DNA of 64,000 nucleotides from Octopus sinensis (lineage: Eukaryota): assembly GCF_006345805.1 (NCBI RefSeq), contig NC_043008.1, positions 34,534,001 to 34,598,000 of the forward strand. Reading direction: 5' to 3'. Under the pieces are notes generated by a model. The model saw nothing but the letters and a program-made list of their open reading frames with translations, did not search any database and had not been told where the DNA came from. Positions 12,270-25,175 of the stretch are shown here, in pieces. Numbering within the stretch: the stretch's first letter is position 1; the number at the start of each line of letters is the position of its first letter. The position numbers and the translations under genes are program-made.

Positions 12270-13186
12270 ATTTTCTAAAGACATATTTTGAGTAGTGGTA
12301 ACAAGCTGAAATATTTTCTCTCCGAGAATTCAATCTTTGTGCTTAGATTTTATTATTTGAAAAATCTCTCCAGTGTATAACTGGCATTTTCTATCTGAAA
12401 TATGAGAAGCCATATAATCATATAATCTTTACCATTATCCTTTAACATCCATATAAATTTGCTGAGACTAGTATTTTTAATTTTATGTTTATTTATAAAA
12501 CAACTTTCGTGGTTTGCAATTCTTTGTTTAAATCTAGTTTCAGTTGAACCTATATAATGGTATTCCTTCCCTTCAGATTCAACTATGCACCTATATATTA
12601 AGTTCTCTTGTTTACAATTTCCTTTAATCCTACAATCACAATTCATATTAACATTATTGTTAATTGAGTTGTTTTCATTTTTATTATTTTTATTATTAGG
12701 GTTAGGAAGGGAGTTAATATCAGCTATATGTCTTCTATTATTGTCATTTACCCTACCACCATTTTCATTAAGGTTACAGTTGTTATAAAAAGTATCCAGT
12801 TTTCTATTGTTAATTGAGGATATAATTGCAAAAAGATTCTTTGATTGGGAATGACCAACTCTTATAGATTTAAAATTAATAATATCACCATACTTATCTT
12901 TATTTAAATGTTTCTGTATTGATTGGTAAATGGATTTGACTATGTTATTTTTAAATTGACTTGCAAAGGAGATGATGAACTGCAAAGTGTTTGCTTTATA
13001 AGGACACTCATAGTCTATATTATTCTTCTCAGAATTTATGCAAGAAGTATATCTTATTTTATTATTTATATTATGTTTATTTTTATAAGACTTTTCAAGT
13101 ATATCCTTATCAATACTATTCATTTCCAATTTACTGGATTTTATATTTTTGCCTTTCTTATTAGCATATTTAGTATCAGGTTTCAT
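12270..13186 (-). pseudogene. PLE linker + GIY-YIG endonuclease (frameshifted near C-terminus)
   Basis: CDCRIKGNC...LIYRC...YIGSTETRFKQRIANHESCF...TSLSKFIWMLKD; after frameshifts RKCQLYTGE...ISACYHYSK ends near 12270. Confidence 0.9.
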
Positions 13187-13425
13187 GGGTTTATAATTAG
13201 TTTTAGTATTTATTTCTACACTTATGCTATTGTTTTTCCTATTTTTAGAACCTTGGCCATTAATCCTGGGGTTTATTGTCCTATCTATACTTCATTTATT
13301 TTATTATCATTTATAGCTTTAGTTTTTCTATTATGTATTATATTTGGGCTATCTATAATTATTTTATTTTCCCTATTTACATTAAGTATGCATTTACTAG
13401 GTCTATTTTATTTTGTGCTTATATC

Positions 13426-14175
13426 CTACCTTTTTAAGTGCATCATTATAGAAGTTAGCATTTTTTGTAGAAGATTTTTCATCATATGAACAATAAGTTT
13501 CTTTTCTATGTTTTTAATTAATGTGTATTTTGTTGAATTTGGATGATTACTCAGATTATTAATATATTTTAGATTTGTATTGTGCTTGTGGTATGGTTCA
13601 TATTTACCAGCTACAAGATTAAAGTTAATGTCTAAAAAATTAACCAAGTTATTTTCTTTTTCAATAGAGATTGAGAAACCATAATTTTTAAAAAATTTGT
13701 ATAATTTTTTCTTATATAGTTCCAAATTTCTATTTGATGGATTTAAAACTAAAAACAGTGCATCATCCCTATATAGTCCACCTGTTATTTCAGGGAATTT
13801 ATAATTAAATTCATGTAGAATGTATATATCCACTATGTCCATTACTTGGACTGAGTCTGCAGACCACATGGTGATGTCAAATGAATTATATGAGCCCTCT
13901 CTAACCCAATATTTATTATCAAACTTAATCACTAATTTTCTGGCATTTAAAATAACATAAATTTCTATCATGTTTAAGTCAGAGTCTTTTAGCAAAAGTG
14001 TCTTATTCAGAATTATAGGGTTAATGGAAGAGTAATAGTTGTCAATATCGACCAGTAAGAATTTAAATTTATATTTATTAACAACTATACTGTTGAACCA
14101 GCCTAGTGCTTCTTGGGTGTTTACCCAAAGTTCAAGTTTAATCTTTTTCTTAAGTATAGATATATGTTTATTCAA
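13426..14175 (-). pseudogene. PLE reverse transcriptase domain (frameshifted)
   Basis: VDIDNYYSSI, FDITMWSADSVQVMDIV (cf. FDVTMGSxDGAE), GLYRDDAL, VNFLDINFNL, YEPYHK...YIN..SNHP. Confidence 0.92.
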
Positions 14176-14609
14176 GATATTCTTACTTAATATACCTATG
14201 TCAGATTTTCCAAGGCATATAAGCCTAGATTATACAATACCTAAAAATCAGTTTAATAGTGATGGTAATAAGAAAACTGAGTATTGATCCCTATTAATTA
14301 ACTGTATAAGATTATACATTTAATTTAGATAAAAATACTAAATATCTGTCAATGAAGTCAATTTTGATGATGTAATACACCAGATAAGTTCACATAATAA
14401 TCATAAATGTATAGAGCAAGCCCAAATATGAATACATATATCTAAATGTATAAATATATAATCCTATAATATAATAACTAGTAATAAATATAATCACTAA
14501 AATAATTACTTTGATAATCTTTCAATTATATGTGTATCTGCTTAAGATCTAATGAAGTAACTTTAGAATGAAATATGTACATACACACACATAAGTATGC
14601 ATGTATATA

Positions 14610-14645
<36 letters not shown>

Positions 14646-14987
14646 TGTATGTATGTATGTATGTATGTATGTATGTATGCATGTATGTATGTATCTATAC
14701 TAATACATAAATAGATAAATATCTGCATACACACACATCCATGAGTATAAACATAGTAACATGAGCATACATGATCGCAAAAGTATTAAGGATATTTTTG
14801 TATCTAAATATAAATGATATATAATTAATTAACCTATCACCACAATGAATGCATACTTAATAACCAATATAATAACTTAGGAAGAAAACACACACATACA
14901 CATACATATATGTATATATATATATACACGCACACACACATTAATACATAAACAAGGCTATCCATACTTGTTTAGTATGTATATATA

Positions 14988-15325
14988 TGAAGGTGCATGG
15001 CTCAGTGGTTAGAGCATTGAGCTTATGATCGTGAGGTTGTGAGTTCAAATCCCGGACCGGGCTGCGTGTTATGTTCTTGAGCAAGACACATTATTTCACG
15101 TTGCTCCAGTTCACTCAGCTGTAGAAATGAGTTGCGACATCACGGGTGCCAAGTTGTATTGGCCCTTGCCTTTCCCTTGGATAACACTGGTGGCGTGGAG
15201 ACTGGAGGCCGGTATGCATGGGCGACTACTGGTCTTCCATAACAACCTTGCTCGGACTTGTGCCTGGGAGGGTAACTTTCTAGGTGCAATCCCACAGTCA
15301 ATCATGACCGAAGCGAAGGGGGTCT

Positions 15326-15326
<1 letters not shown>
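14988..15326 (+). mobile_element. tRNA-derived SINE family C (CORE-like segment)
   Basis: Head ggtgcatggctcagtggttagagc...gagttcaaatccc; then tgttcttgagcaagacac...gttgctccagttcactcagctg, shared with 36063-36304 and 49378-49640. Confidence 0.85.
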
Positions 15327-15366
<40 letters not shown>

Positions 15367-16454
15367 GACAGATGTAAGAGCTCTCTGAATTTTGCCCAGG
15401 CTATTCTTATTCTAGCAGCTACACTTTCAGCACATCCTCCCCCTCTACTGACTTGGTCACCTAGGAGCGGAAGATATCAACTACTTCTAGTTTTTCTCCC
15501 TGGAATGTGGCACTTACATATATATATGTGTATGTGTGTGTATGTGTGTGTGTGCTCAACAAGCTTCTTTCAGTTTCCATCTACCAAAAACACTCACAAA
15601 GCTTTGATCAGCCTGAGGCCCAAGGTGCCACATGGTGGGACTGAACTTGAAACCATGTAGTGCAGAAGGAATCTTCTTACCACACAGCCATGCCTGTGCC
15701 TAGCTATAAAAACACCATTTATTAAAACCATATATATCAACAATAAACACATCCTTGATTTCACAACTAACAACACTCATAAACTCTCATAAAGAAACTC
15801 CCCTGTCTCTCCCATATTTTTATTTATCTTCTATGATCAATGGCAAAATAACAAGATATACACAAACATATACCAAAGCTGACTGATCACCCACTGTCAT
15901 GCACACATACACACAGATACTTCCTTGAATAAGTGTAAACATTCAAAAACATAAAATTCTAAAGAAATTCCAACTACCACACACATGCACACACACACAC
16001 ACACACACACGCACACACACACACACACACACAGATATCTTTTTTCAAAACAAGTAGAAGGAAATTGAATAAAAGTTCAGATGCACTTTTAGCCACAAAA
16101 CAATCCCTCAAATCACTCATCCATGAAAAACACTGTTCATTAGGGTATAGCAATCCACAATAGATATATCCTTAATTACTTTTTCAAATATCACATTCAT
16201 AAAAACCCTTTTTCACAAACAAAAAACATTTATTTACAACCTTACAAACATGGAAACACACATACACCCAGCACACACTGAAAAAAATGTGATTCATCAA
16301 CTCATCAACAAATCCTTATCAAATCAATAACATACCTTGCTATTTACAATTGAAAGAAATATCTATAATACTATATCTATATATCTATTGGTCTGTCTGT
16401 CTATCTGTCTGTTTGTCTGTCTGTCTCTCTCTTTCTTTCTCTCTCTCTCTCTCA

Positions 16455-16519
<65 letters not shown>

Positions 16520-16524
<5 letters not shown>

Positions 16525-16882
16525 GTATAGAGGGCATTATTACACATAAATGCCTCACACTAAGAGGGACAAAGTCATTACTACCAAAATTATACTAATC
16601 AAACCCAAATGCAGTTCTTCAAAGCAAGACATTTAAAAAATGAATTTAGTTCTGTATCACCGTGATTTCACATTCAACTTACGTCTTATGATCCTCAGCA
16701 GAACTGATTCTGAACACACTTTGTCCCTCTTAGTGTGAGGCATTTATGTGTAATAATGCCCTCTATACAATATAGATATAATTAATTATTTTCGAATTCT
16801 TTTCTTTTATGAGGTTTTTCACGCTAACTACCTGATAATTTCTTGTTAAGATTCCTTATTAAGAGGTTATCCTCAATTGTTA

Positions 16883-16937
<55 letters not shown>

Positions 16938-17469
16938 TTCAGATGAATATGGTACTTAAGTTGAAGGCACCAGAATTTAGTATGGTATTATCCATATAAT
17001 TTAAAAAAGGTGATTATAATCAAAATAAACAACAAGGATATCCAGAGGTAATGTAGTACGATCGTTTCATGCAACTCCATTTAATTGAACAATGCAAACA
17101 TTGCTCTACATTTTAAATTGATGTAATGTTTACATTGTTCAATTAAATGGGGTTGCATGAAACGATCGTACTGCATTATCTCTAAATACCCTTGTTGCTT
17201 ATTTTGATTATATACACACACATATATATAAATGTAACTACATGTAAATCGTTGGCGATTTTTTTATCTTTTTCTTCCTTTTCTATTGGACTTTACTCTG
17301 TTTCTGAAGAAGAGCTTTGCTCGAAATGTTAAACCATCTTTTTTTCCTTCCCTGAGCATCTGCTAATACTCTACATGTACTATGTCCTTGCATTGTTGCT
17401 TTTTGTGTTTGTTCTTCACTTTTTTGGGGTTATATATATCGGTGCTTCATTGTACCATTTATTTACTTT

Positions 17470-17480
<11 letters not shown>
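16520..17480. mobile_element. (TA)n-flanked composite of PLE-type non-coding terminal sequences with two fold-backs
   Basis: 16520-16630 plus 16775-16885 match the reverse complement of 53535-53770; perfect 56-bp IR at 16520-16575/16718-16773; ~90-bp IR at ~17014-17104/17124-17211; hammerhead-like motif at 17300. Confidence 0.6.
17300..17334 (+). ncRNA. Candidate minimal type I hammerhead ribozyme
   Basis: GTTT-CTGAAGA-A-GAGC TTT GCTC-GAAA-TG-TT-AAAC: core CUGANGA/GAAA, 4-bp stem II, 4-bp stem I, minimal stem III. Confidence 0.65.
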
Positions 17481-17522
<42 letters not shown>

Positions 17523-17569
17523 TATATATATTATATATATATATATATATTATAGTTAATCCAAACAAG

Positions 17570-17618
<49 letters not shown>

Positions 17619-17621
<3 letters not shown>

Positions 17622-17985
17622 TCTTTTACTTGTTTCAGTCATTTGACTGTGGCCATGCAGGAGCACTGCCTTTAGTCAAGCAAATCGACCCCAGGACTTA
17701 TTCTTTGTAAGCCTAGTACTTATTCTATCGGTCTCTTTTGCCGAACTGCTAAGTTACAAGGATGTAAACACACCAGCATCGGTTGTCAAGCAATGTTGGG
17801 GGGACAAACACAGACACACAAACATATACACACACATACATATATATATACAGATATACGACAGGCTTCTTTCAGTTTCTGTCTACCAGATCCACTCACA
17901 AGGCTTTGGTCAGCCCGAGGCTATAGTAGAAGACACTTGCCCAAGGTGCCATGCAGTGAGAATGAACCCAGAACCATATGGCTGC
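17619..17985 (-). mobile_element. SINE family A copy
   Basis: Near-identical to 31069-31490. Confidence 0.9.
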
Positions 17986-18424
17986 TTGAAGCTCACTAAC
18001 TTCTTACACTTTGATTCTTGGATCTTACCTTTTCTATATATGTATAATATATATATATATATATATATATCAGCATCATCATTGTCGTTGTTTAACGTCT
18101 GCTTTCCATGCTGGCATGGATTGGATAGTTTGACTGAGAACTGGCAAACCAGAAGGCTGTACTAGTCTCCAATTTGATCTGGCAAGGTTTCTACAGCTGG
18201 ACGCCTTTCCTAAAGCCAACCATTCTGAGAGTGTAATGGATATCACAAATTAGGGAATGGAATAGATAAAATTCAGGCTACATATGTTTCATAGGTAGCA
18301 GAACCTCACATGTAGTAATTACCCAAGTGAGGGGTAATCCATTAGCTACTCATCAGGCCAAAGATACCTTATTCAAATGAAGTTTACGTTATCATCAAGG
18401 GATCTCATTTTAACTAGTAGGAGA

Positions 18425-19108
18425 TTCAATCAAAAATACATGGAAAGCACAAACATTGGGCCTCACCAAGGCAATGACTAGTGACCAAGACCTTTGGAGA
18501 TATGCTGTGCTTTAGAAGACTCGACAAGCCAAGTGAGACCATAACCCATGGCCTATGTCAGTGGTGTATAACCAGCCCACTTATGAGCACCTGTCATTCA
18601 CTGTACAACAAATTTTGCTTGCAAAGACCTGTTGAGACATAAATCAAAATCAAAATCGTTGACATGACCAATGACAGTACCGCCTGATTGGCACTCATGC
18701 TAGTAGAATGTTAAAAGCAACATCTAAGTGTGACTCTTGCCAAGGCTGCTGACTGACTCCCATGCCGGTAGCATGTAAAAAGCACCATTCGAGTCTGATC
18801 GTTGCCAGCGTTGCCTTACTGGCACATGTGCTGGTGGCACGTGAAAAATCAACATTCGAGTTTGGTTGTTGCCAGTGCCACCAGCGTACCTCCCGTGCAG
18901 GTGGCATGTAAACACACCTTTTGAGCATGGTCGTTGTCAGTACTGCCTGACTGGCCCTCATGCCAGTGGCACATAAAGCACCAACTACACTCTCAGAGTG
19001 GCTGGTGTTAGGAAGAGCATCCAGCCATAGAAATTTTGCCAGATCAGATTGGAGCAGTCCTCAGTCAAACCCTCCAATGCATGCCAGCATGGAAAGCAGA
19101 CATTAAAC

Positions 19109-19155
<47 letters not shown>
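18425..19155 (+). mobile_element. RTE LINE 3' end (ORF end + 3' UTR + (GAT)n)
   Basis: Translates LGLTKAMTSDQDLWRYAVL*KTRQAK*, matching the end of ORF 10416-10856; followed by subrepeats and a (GAT)n tail. Confidence 0.85.
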
Positions 19156-19156
<1 letters not shown>

Positions 19157-20191
19157 ATATACCTCACAATCATGAGGTAATGAGCTTGATTCCACACACA
19201 CCCTCCTAGAATAATTTGAAATGTAGCATATGCCTCTTTTTATTATACATACAATTTGAATCTAATTGCAATTTTAGTATCATTGTAAAAAGACATACAA
19301 CGTAATTACATAACTCATTTTCCCACTCCTTGGGCAGAAAAAATACAGTCATTTTGACTGGTTTCTGTTTTTGTTAGACATTCATCAGAGAAAGTTTATA
19401 GGTTTCTATTTTTAATCTTTTGGTCAAGAAGGATGACAGTACCCATGACTTGGATAATAGGTCCTCTGAAACTGGTAAGAGGAAGGAAGGGAGGGAAGGA
19501 GGAAAATATCTTTAAGTGGAGATTTGACCCAAATGCTTGTAACAAGGAGTGGAACTAATTTTTATCTGTCAAATGAACTGGCTTGGAAAATCAGTGTTAT
19601 GTGTCTTGCACAGCAACACCACACAGTTTTAGTAGTATAATTTGGACTAAAGACTGCATGTTCAGTAGGCTAGCACTTTAAGTTTAATGCAATTGATCCT
19701 CATAATTATATTATAATCATATAGTAATCATATAATAATAATAATATTATTTATCATCTGTTTATAATTATATTATTATTCATATTCTGGTTATAATTAC
19801 TGTATTATTAATTATATTTCATCTCACTGTAACCTTATATTTAAATTTGTTTCTTTATCAGGAACATCTACATGGTCACTTAAACTGTTAGAAATAGTAA
19901 CCAAATCTTCTTCAAATTACAACACGTCATTTTAAATAAAGAAAGAACACATTAAACAAATAATATGTTCTCACATACTGATGATAAGATGGTCGGAGGT
20001 TCGTTGTATTTAGGAAGAAGACAGGATGGTCACAGTTGAAAGGATGTTGACCATAGATCTCCTCAGATTCATTTGGATCTAAATAACAATGATGACAACA
20101 GCAATATTTCTCTATTTCATGTCTGTAGATGAAATTGTATTGAAAGGCTCTATAAGAATTTTATTCGAAATGGAAATTGTAGTTAAGACAC

Positions 20192-20542
20192 CCATGCCGG
20201 TGACATGTAAAAAGCACTGTCCGAACATGGTAGATGCCAGCGCCGCCTGACTGGCATCAGTGTCGGTGACACGTAAAAGCACCAACCGATCGTGGCTGTT
20301 TGCCAGCCACCTCTGGCCCCTGTGCTGGTGGTAGGTAAAAAGCACCCACTACACTCACGTAGTGGTTGGCGTTAGGAAGGGCATCCAGCTGTAGAAACAC
20401 TGCCAGATCAGACTGAAGCCTGGCGCATCCTCCCGACTTCCCAGACCCCGGTCGAACCGTCCAACCCATGCTAGCATGGAAAACGGACTTTAAACGATGA
20501 TGATAATGTTGATGACGATGATGATGATGATGATGATGATGA
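20192..20542 (+). mobile_element. RTE-type 3' UTR fragment with (GAT)n tail
   Basis: Near match to 7319-7773. Confidence 0.85.
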
Positions 20543-20689
20543 TATATTAAAAAATTCAATATTTTACACTTTATGAAATAATATGGTAACTGAGGAAGAT
20601 TTTGTTACAGACACATTTTCAGACATAGTATATCAAGGACTATATTACCTAATGTGTTCCTTCATTCTTAAGAAGGTAGTGTATGAATG

Positions 20690-21240
20690 AGGAAGATTAT
20701 GCTGTTGTCTTCATGTTCAGATATAAAGTGTTGGCAACTACAACATTCAATATATCTTTCTAAGACTTCAATATCTCCCAAACAACTTTGCACCTGAATA
20801 ATGGCATTGGTGATAACAATGTTTTATGATTAGCATTCGAAATTATTGAAACTAAACACATTAATCAAATATTAAATATTATCCATACTCATGTTGATAT
20901 TCAGTCACCTTTACCCTCTCGAAAATTCTAGTCACATTTGAAGATGCCCTTTCCATCTTTGATGCTCAGTTGTCAAAGCTAATTCATGTCATTCATTCAA
21001 GACACAAATGGTTTATAAATTATCAGACGCCAGATGAATCAATCATTGATTTTTATCAAATGCATTCGTATTATTGTAGAACACAGTTTCAGTATCTAAG
21101 AAGCTATTTCTGAAGGCAGTGTAACAGAATTTCGTTATCTATGATGTTTAAAACAAACTATGAGAGATGCTGTGGTTGCAAGAATTATATCTAATGATAT
21201 TCATGCAACTCTATTAGAATTTGGACAGCACAATTATTTC
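20690..21240 (+). mobile_element. Probable Ty3/gypsy gag remnant
   Basis: Manual translation FEDALSIFDAQ...HVIHSRHKWF..YQTPDESIIDF, then LKQTMRDAVVARI.SNDI..TLL, resembling the gag Q..ES..DF / LRD..V..I pattern. Confidence 0.45.
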
Positions 21241-22030
21241 ATTATATGAACTTATTCTAAAGTGAACTCAAGTCTGAACTCTCAAATAATATTTTACAAT
21301 TAGATTGTCTAAATCAGTGCGGGTATCACCTCAAAACAGCAAGGAAAGTTATTTTCAATTTGGAATGAAAATTGTTAATTGTGATTTTTTTTAGACTCAC
21401 AAAGTACCTATGAATAAGTGTCCTACAAAAATATTTGCACTGTGACAAATGTAGAAAAAGTATTAGGTTATGCACAAAATATCCCAATTTGATCACAGGC
21501 CTGTTTGATTAGGGTTTATCTAGGGCTATAAACAACGATTACCTCAACAGAATGAGCAGCTAGAAATAACATCCAAATTTCCCTTGATTCACACCTGTAT
21601 ATGTTTGAACATAAACAGGTTAGATGTTTTGGCCAGATATGACCAGTTTAAATGCTAAAGAATTAATGTATTTCTCAGACAGAATTTTCATGGACTTTTG
21701 AATTACAGGTGCAACCATCAATGAGTTTTTACAGTTTCTATCAACTCAATTTCTTTTACAAGGATTGGAAATGAGCTGAGGTTATGACAGATGATACATA
21801 GTAGTGTAGATAGACTAGAAGCTGTCCAGAGCAGGTCTTGAGTTTATTGTCCCTTATACCAGCTTATACAGCAGATTCCAAGATGCTACCCCCATAAAAG
21901 TTTGCCCAAGATAGACTGATCCACCTTCCCTTCCCCTTAGTTACAAAAGTGATAGCACATGCCCAAAGTACCACACCATAGCATCAAATACAGAAAACCT
22001 CTTAACCACTGAGCCATGCCTGCATCCTAT

Positions 22031-22062
<32 letters not shown>

Positions 22063-22121
22063 ATACACACACACAAACACTCAAATACACATATATATGA
22101 ACACATGCATACACTCACAGG

Positions 22122-22160
<39 letters not shown>

Positions 22161-22754
22161 TTAATGTTTACAAACCTTTAGCTGTAGAACTTCTGACTAA
22201 ATGCATTTCGTTACTTTTTGGTGAAACATGTCTGGAAGATTGTCCTGGCATATCTCACAGTTCATAGACTATAGTTGAAATATTCCAGGCACCAGGCAAA
22301 AGAATTTTCTTGTTGCCCTGGGCTATTCATCAGAGGGCAAGTACCCTTTCTTTCCTCTACCTAAAAAGAGAGCTTATAGCAAAATGCAATTTTATATCAA
22401 ATATACCATATAGCATATGGTTTCATGTATACTCTAGTACATGTGATATGCTTTACTATACACCATATCTTCTGCCCTTTTTTCTCATCCTTAAGCCCTT
22501 CATAAAGCTGCACTCCCCTCAAGATTTGTGGTCTTACCATCTATATGACAGCCTCACTAGAGCTGGTAGTATGAAAAAAGAACCCAGTACATGTTGTAAA
22601 AGTGGTTCGAATTTGGAAGGAAACTTGCCAAAGCAAACACTCATGTGTGATTCTGTCCTCGAGCCATCAGGGCCAAAATTTTTACTTCAGTATAGGCAAA
22701 ATTTGACTTCAGAATACCATGAACTGGAACAGATATTGCCAGACATCTTTTTAT

Positions 22755-23345
22755 CACCATCATCATCATCATCGTTTAACGTCTGCTTTCGATGCTAGCA
22801 TGGATTGGATGATTTGACTGAAGTCTGGCAAACCACATGGCTGCACCAGACTCCAATCTGATCTGGCAGAGTTTCTACAGCTGGGTGCCCTTCCTAAAGC
22901 CAACCACTCCGAGAGTGTAGTGGGTGCTTTAAAGCGAGTGGGTACTCACAACGGCCATGCTCAAATGGTGCTTTTTATGTGCCACCTGCACAGGAGCCAG
23001 TTTAGCGGCACTGGCAACGACCTCGCTCAAATGTTTTTTCACGTGCCAGTAACGATGACACTCGAATGGTGTTTTTTACATGCCATCAGCACAGAGGCCA
23101 GCTTGTTGCTCTGGCAATGATCACGCTCATATGGTACTCTTAGCACTCCACTAGCATGGATGCCAGTCATCAAATTTGATTTCGATTTCGATTTCCCTTG
23201 CCTCAACAGGTCTTTGCAAGCAGAGTTTAGTGTCCAGTGAAGGAAAGGTACACATAAGTGGGCTGGTTATACCCCTGGCATAGGCCACAAGGTTATGGTC
23301 TCACTTGAGCTTGCCGGGTCTTCTCAAGCCCAGCATTTTTCCCAA
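22755..23345 (-). mobile_element. RTE LINE 3' end
   Basis: Reverse complement of the 18500-19155 family. Confidence 0.85.
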
Positions 23346-23870
23346 GTCTTCTAATATTCTAAAACTTCTACATATCTCTTCTCATACATTGCTACGTTTT
23401 TGTCAGTTCTAAAAGAATAAAAGACAAAGCTGATCTCAACAGGATTTTCACTCTGAACCTAAAAAGCTGGAACAAATACTGAAAAGCATTGCATCCCACA
23501 TTCTAACAACTCTGTTAATTTGTTGCCAATGTATTAAAGAGGATAATAAATGGTTAATTAGTTTCTTTCTATTACATTTACATTTGTGCTTAATGCTACA
23601 TTTTTAATGAATTATTTCAGATATCACTGAAACATTTATCACGAACAGTTTCATTAATGAATCCTAATCCTCAGTGGTTAGGATTTTTTTTTCTTTACAA
23701 TGGTTATAACTATACGAAGGAAGCTAATTAGCAGAATAATTAGAATGTCAGATAAATACCTTGTGGTATTTATTCCAGCTCTTTAGTCTTAGAATTCAAA
23801 TTCTCTACCAGGGCCAACTTTACTTTCCATCCTTTCAGAGATGATAAAATAAAGTACAAGTCAAATATTA

Positions 23871-24275
23871 GGCATAAGAGTGGCTGTGTGGTAAGTAGCT
23901 TGCTTACGAACCACATGGTTCCAGGTTCAGTCCCACTGCATGGCACCTTTGGCAAGTGTCTTCTACTATAACCTCAGGCTGACCAAAGCCTTGTGAGTGG
24001 ATTTGGTAGATGGAAACTGAAAAAAGTCCATCGTATATATGTGTATATGTAATATGTATATATGTGTGTGTATGTTTGTGTTTCTGTGTTTGTCTCCCCA
24101 ACATCGCTTGACAACCGATGCTAGTGTGTTTACATCCTCGTAACTTAGCGGTCTGGCAAAAGCGACCGATAGAATAAGTACTAGGCTTACAAAGAATAAG
24201 TCCTAGGGTCAATTTGCTCGACTAAAGGCGGTGCTCCAGCATGGCCACAGTTAAATGACTGAAACAAGTAAAGAA
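23871..24275 (+). mobile_element. SINE family A, full length
   Basis: A box gtggctgtgtgg, B box ggttcagtccc, internal (TA/TG) tract, 3' gaaacaagtaaag. Confidence 0.9.
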
Positions 24276-24479
24276 AGAGAGTCAGTTCCCTCCATCTCTT
24301 TCTCTTTCTCTCTTCCCCATATCTTCCCCCTCTCTCTCCCTCTCTTCCTCTACCTCCCTTCCTCTCCCCTTTTCTCCCTCCTCTTCCCCCCTCCTCTCCC
24401 CCTCCATCAGATTTGGTTGTATTAATGCACTACAAGAAGACATGGGAGGTCACACACAGTACTGTTTCCACTCAAGACA

Positions 24480-24735
24480 ACTGCTTTTACTGGATTTTCA
24501 AAGGCCTTCCTCCCCTAAGTTTCTTGATTTTGAGTTATCATTGATGCTTCTATAACTTAGCATTTTTCTAGATAGGAGTCTTGGCCCTACACAAGCCTAT
24601 TTTTATCATTGGCAAGTGGTGGTCCATTAGTCAGGTTTCTATCCTTTGAATCATCCTGCAAAGGACATCTAGGGCCAAGACTCCTATCTAGAAAAATGCT
24701 AAGTTATAGAAGCATCAATGATAACTCAAAATCAA
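24480..24735. repeat. Unclassified repeat with perfect 65-bp fold-back; inverted copy at ~26780-26975
   Basis: 24524-24588 is the reverse complement of 24671-24735; ~24490-24670 is the reverse complement of ~26785-26975. Confidence 0.8.
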
Positions 24736-25111
24736 CAAAAGCATTAAAGTATAAGAATGTTGTCACAGAACAAGCCTGTGTTTAAAAAAAGCTCTTGTAA
24801 GGCATGATACATACAAAAGTATAAAAGTAAACAAACATATATAATAATACTGGCTTCAAATTTTGGCACAAGGCCAGTAATATCAGGTAAGCAGGTAAGT
24901 CAATTAACGTTTCTGTCAGCTGACTGCCTTACAAGACAAGATAGATTATGAAAGAAGACACAGTTAATGAAATACTTATTTGACCCTCCCAGAGCAGGTA
25001 AAGGCAAAGTCAACAACAGCAGAATTTGAACTAAAAAATGGAAGAAACAGAAAATTAAATTCTTCAAGGAATTTCATCTGTCATTCTACCAATGCTCTAA
25101 CTCACCATTCG

Positions 25112-25175
<64 letters not shown>

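Larger units (their letters stand above)
11105..14600 (-). mobile_element. Penelope-like retroelement (RT + GIY-YIG) with inverted terminal repeats (pseudo-LTRs)
   Basis: RT and EN ORF pieces on the minus strand; ~11105-11490 is the reverse complement of ~14225-14600 (aligned by eye, scattered mismatches and indels). Confidence 0.9.

Noticed and set aside
12923-13489. 188-aa hydrophobic plus-strand ORF resembling a membrane protein
   Set aside because: Antisense shadow of the A-rich PLE coding strand.
14988-15070. tRNA-like sequence
   Set aside because: It continues into a SINE body and has no proper acceptor stem; a SINE head, as are the other A/B-box hits.
19378-19474. Possible plus-strand exon (ttgttag ... 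ctg/gtaaga)
   Set aside because: One open frame but no homology and no compatible neighbouring exons; expected by chance.
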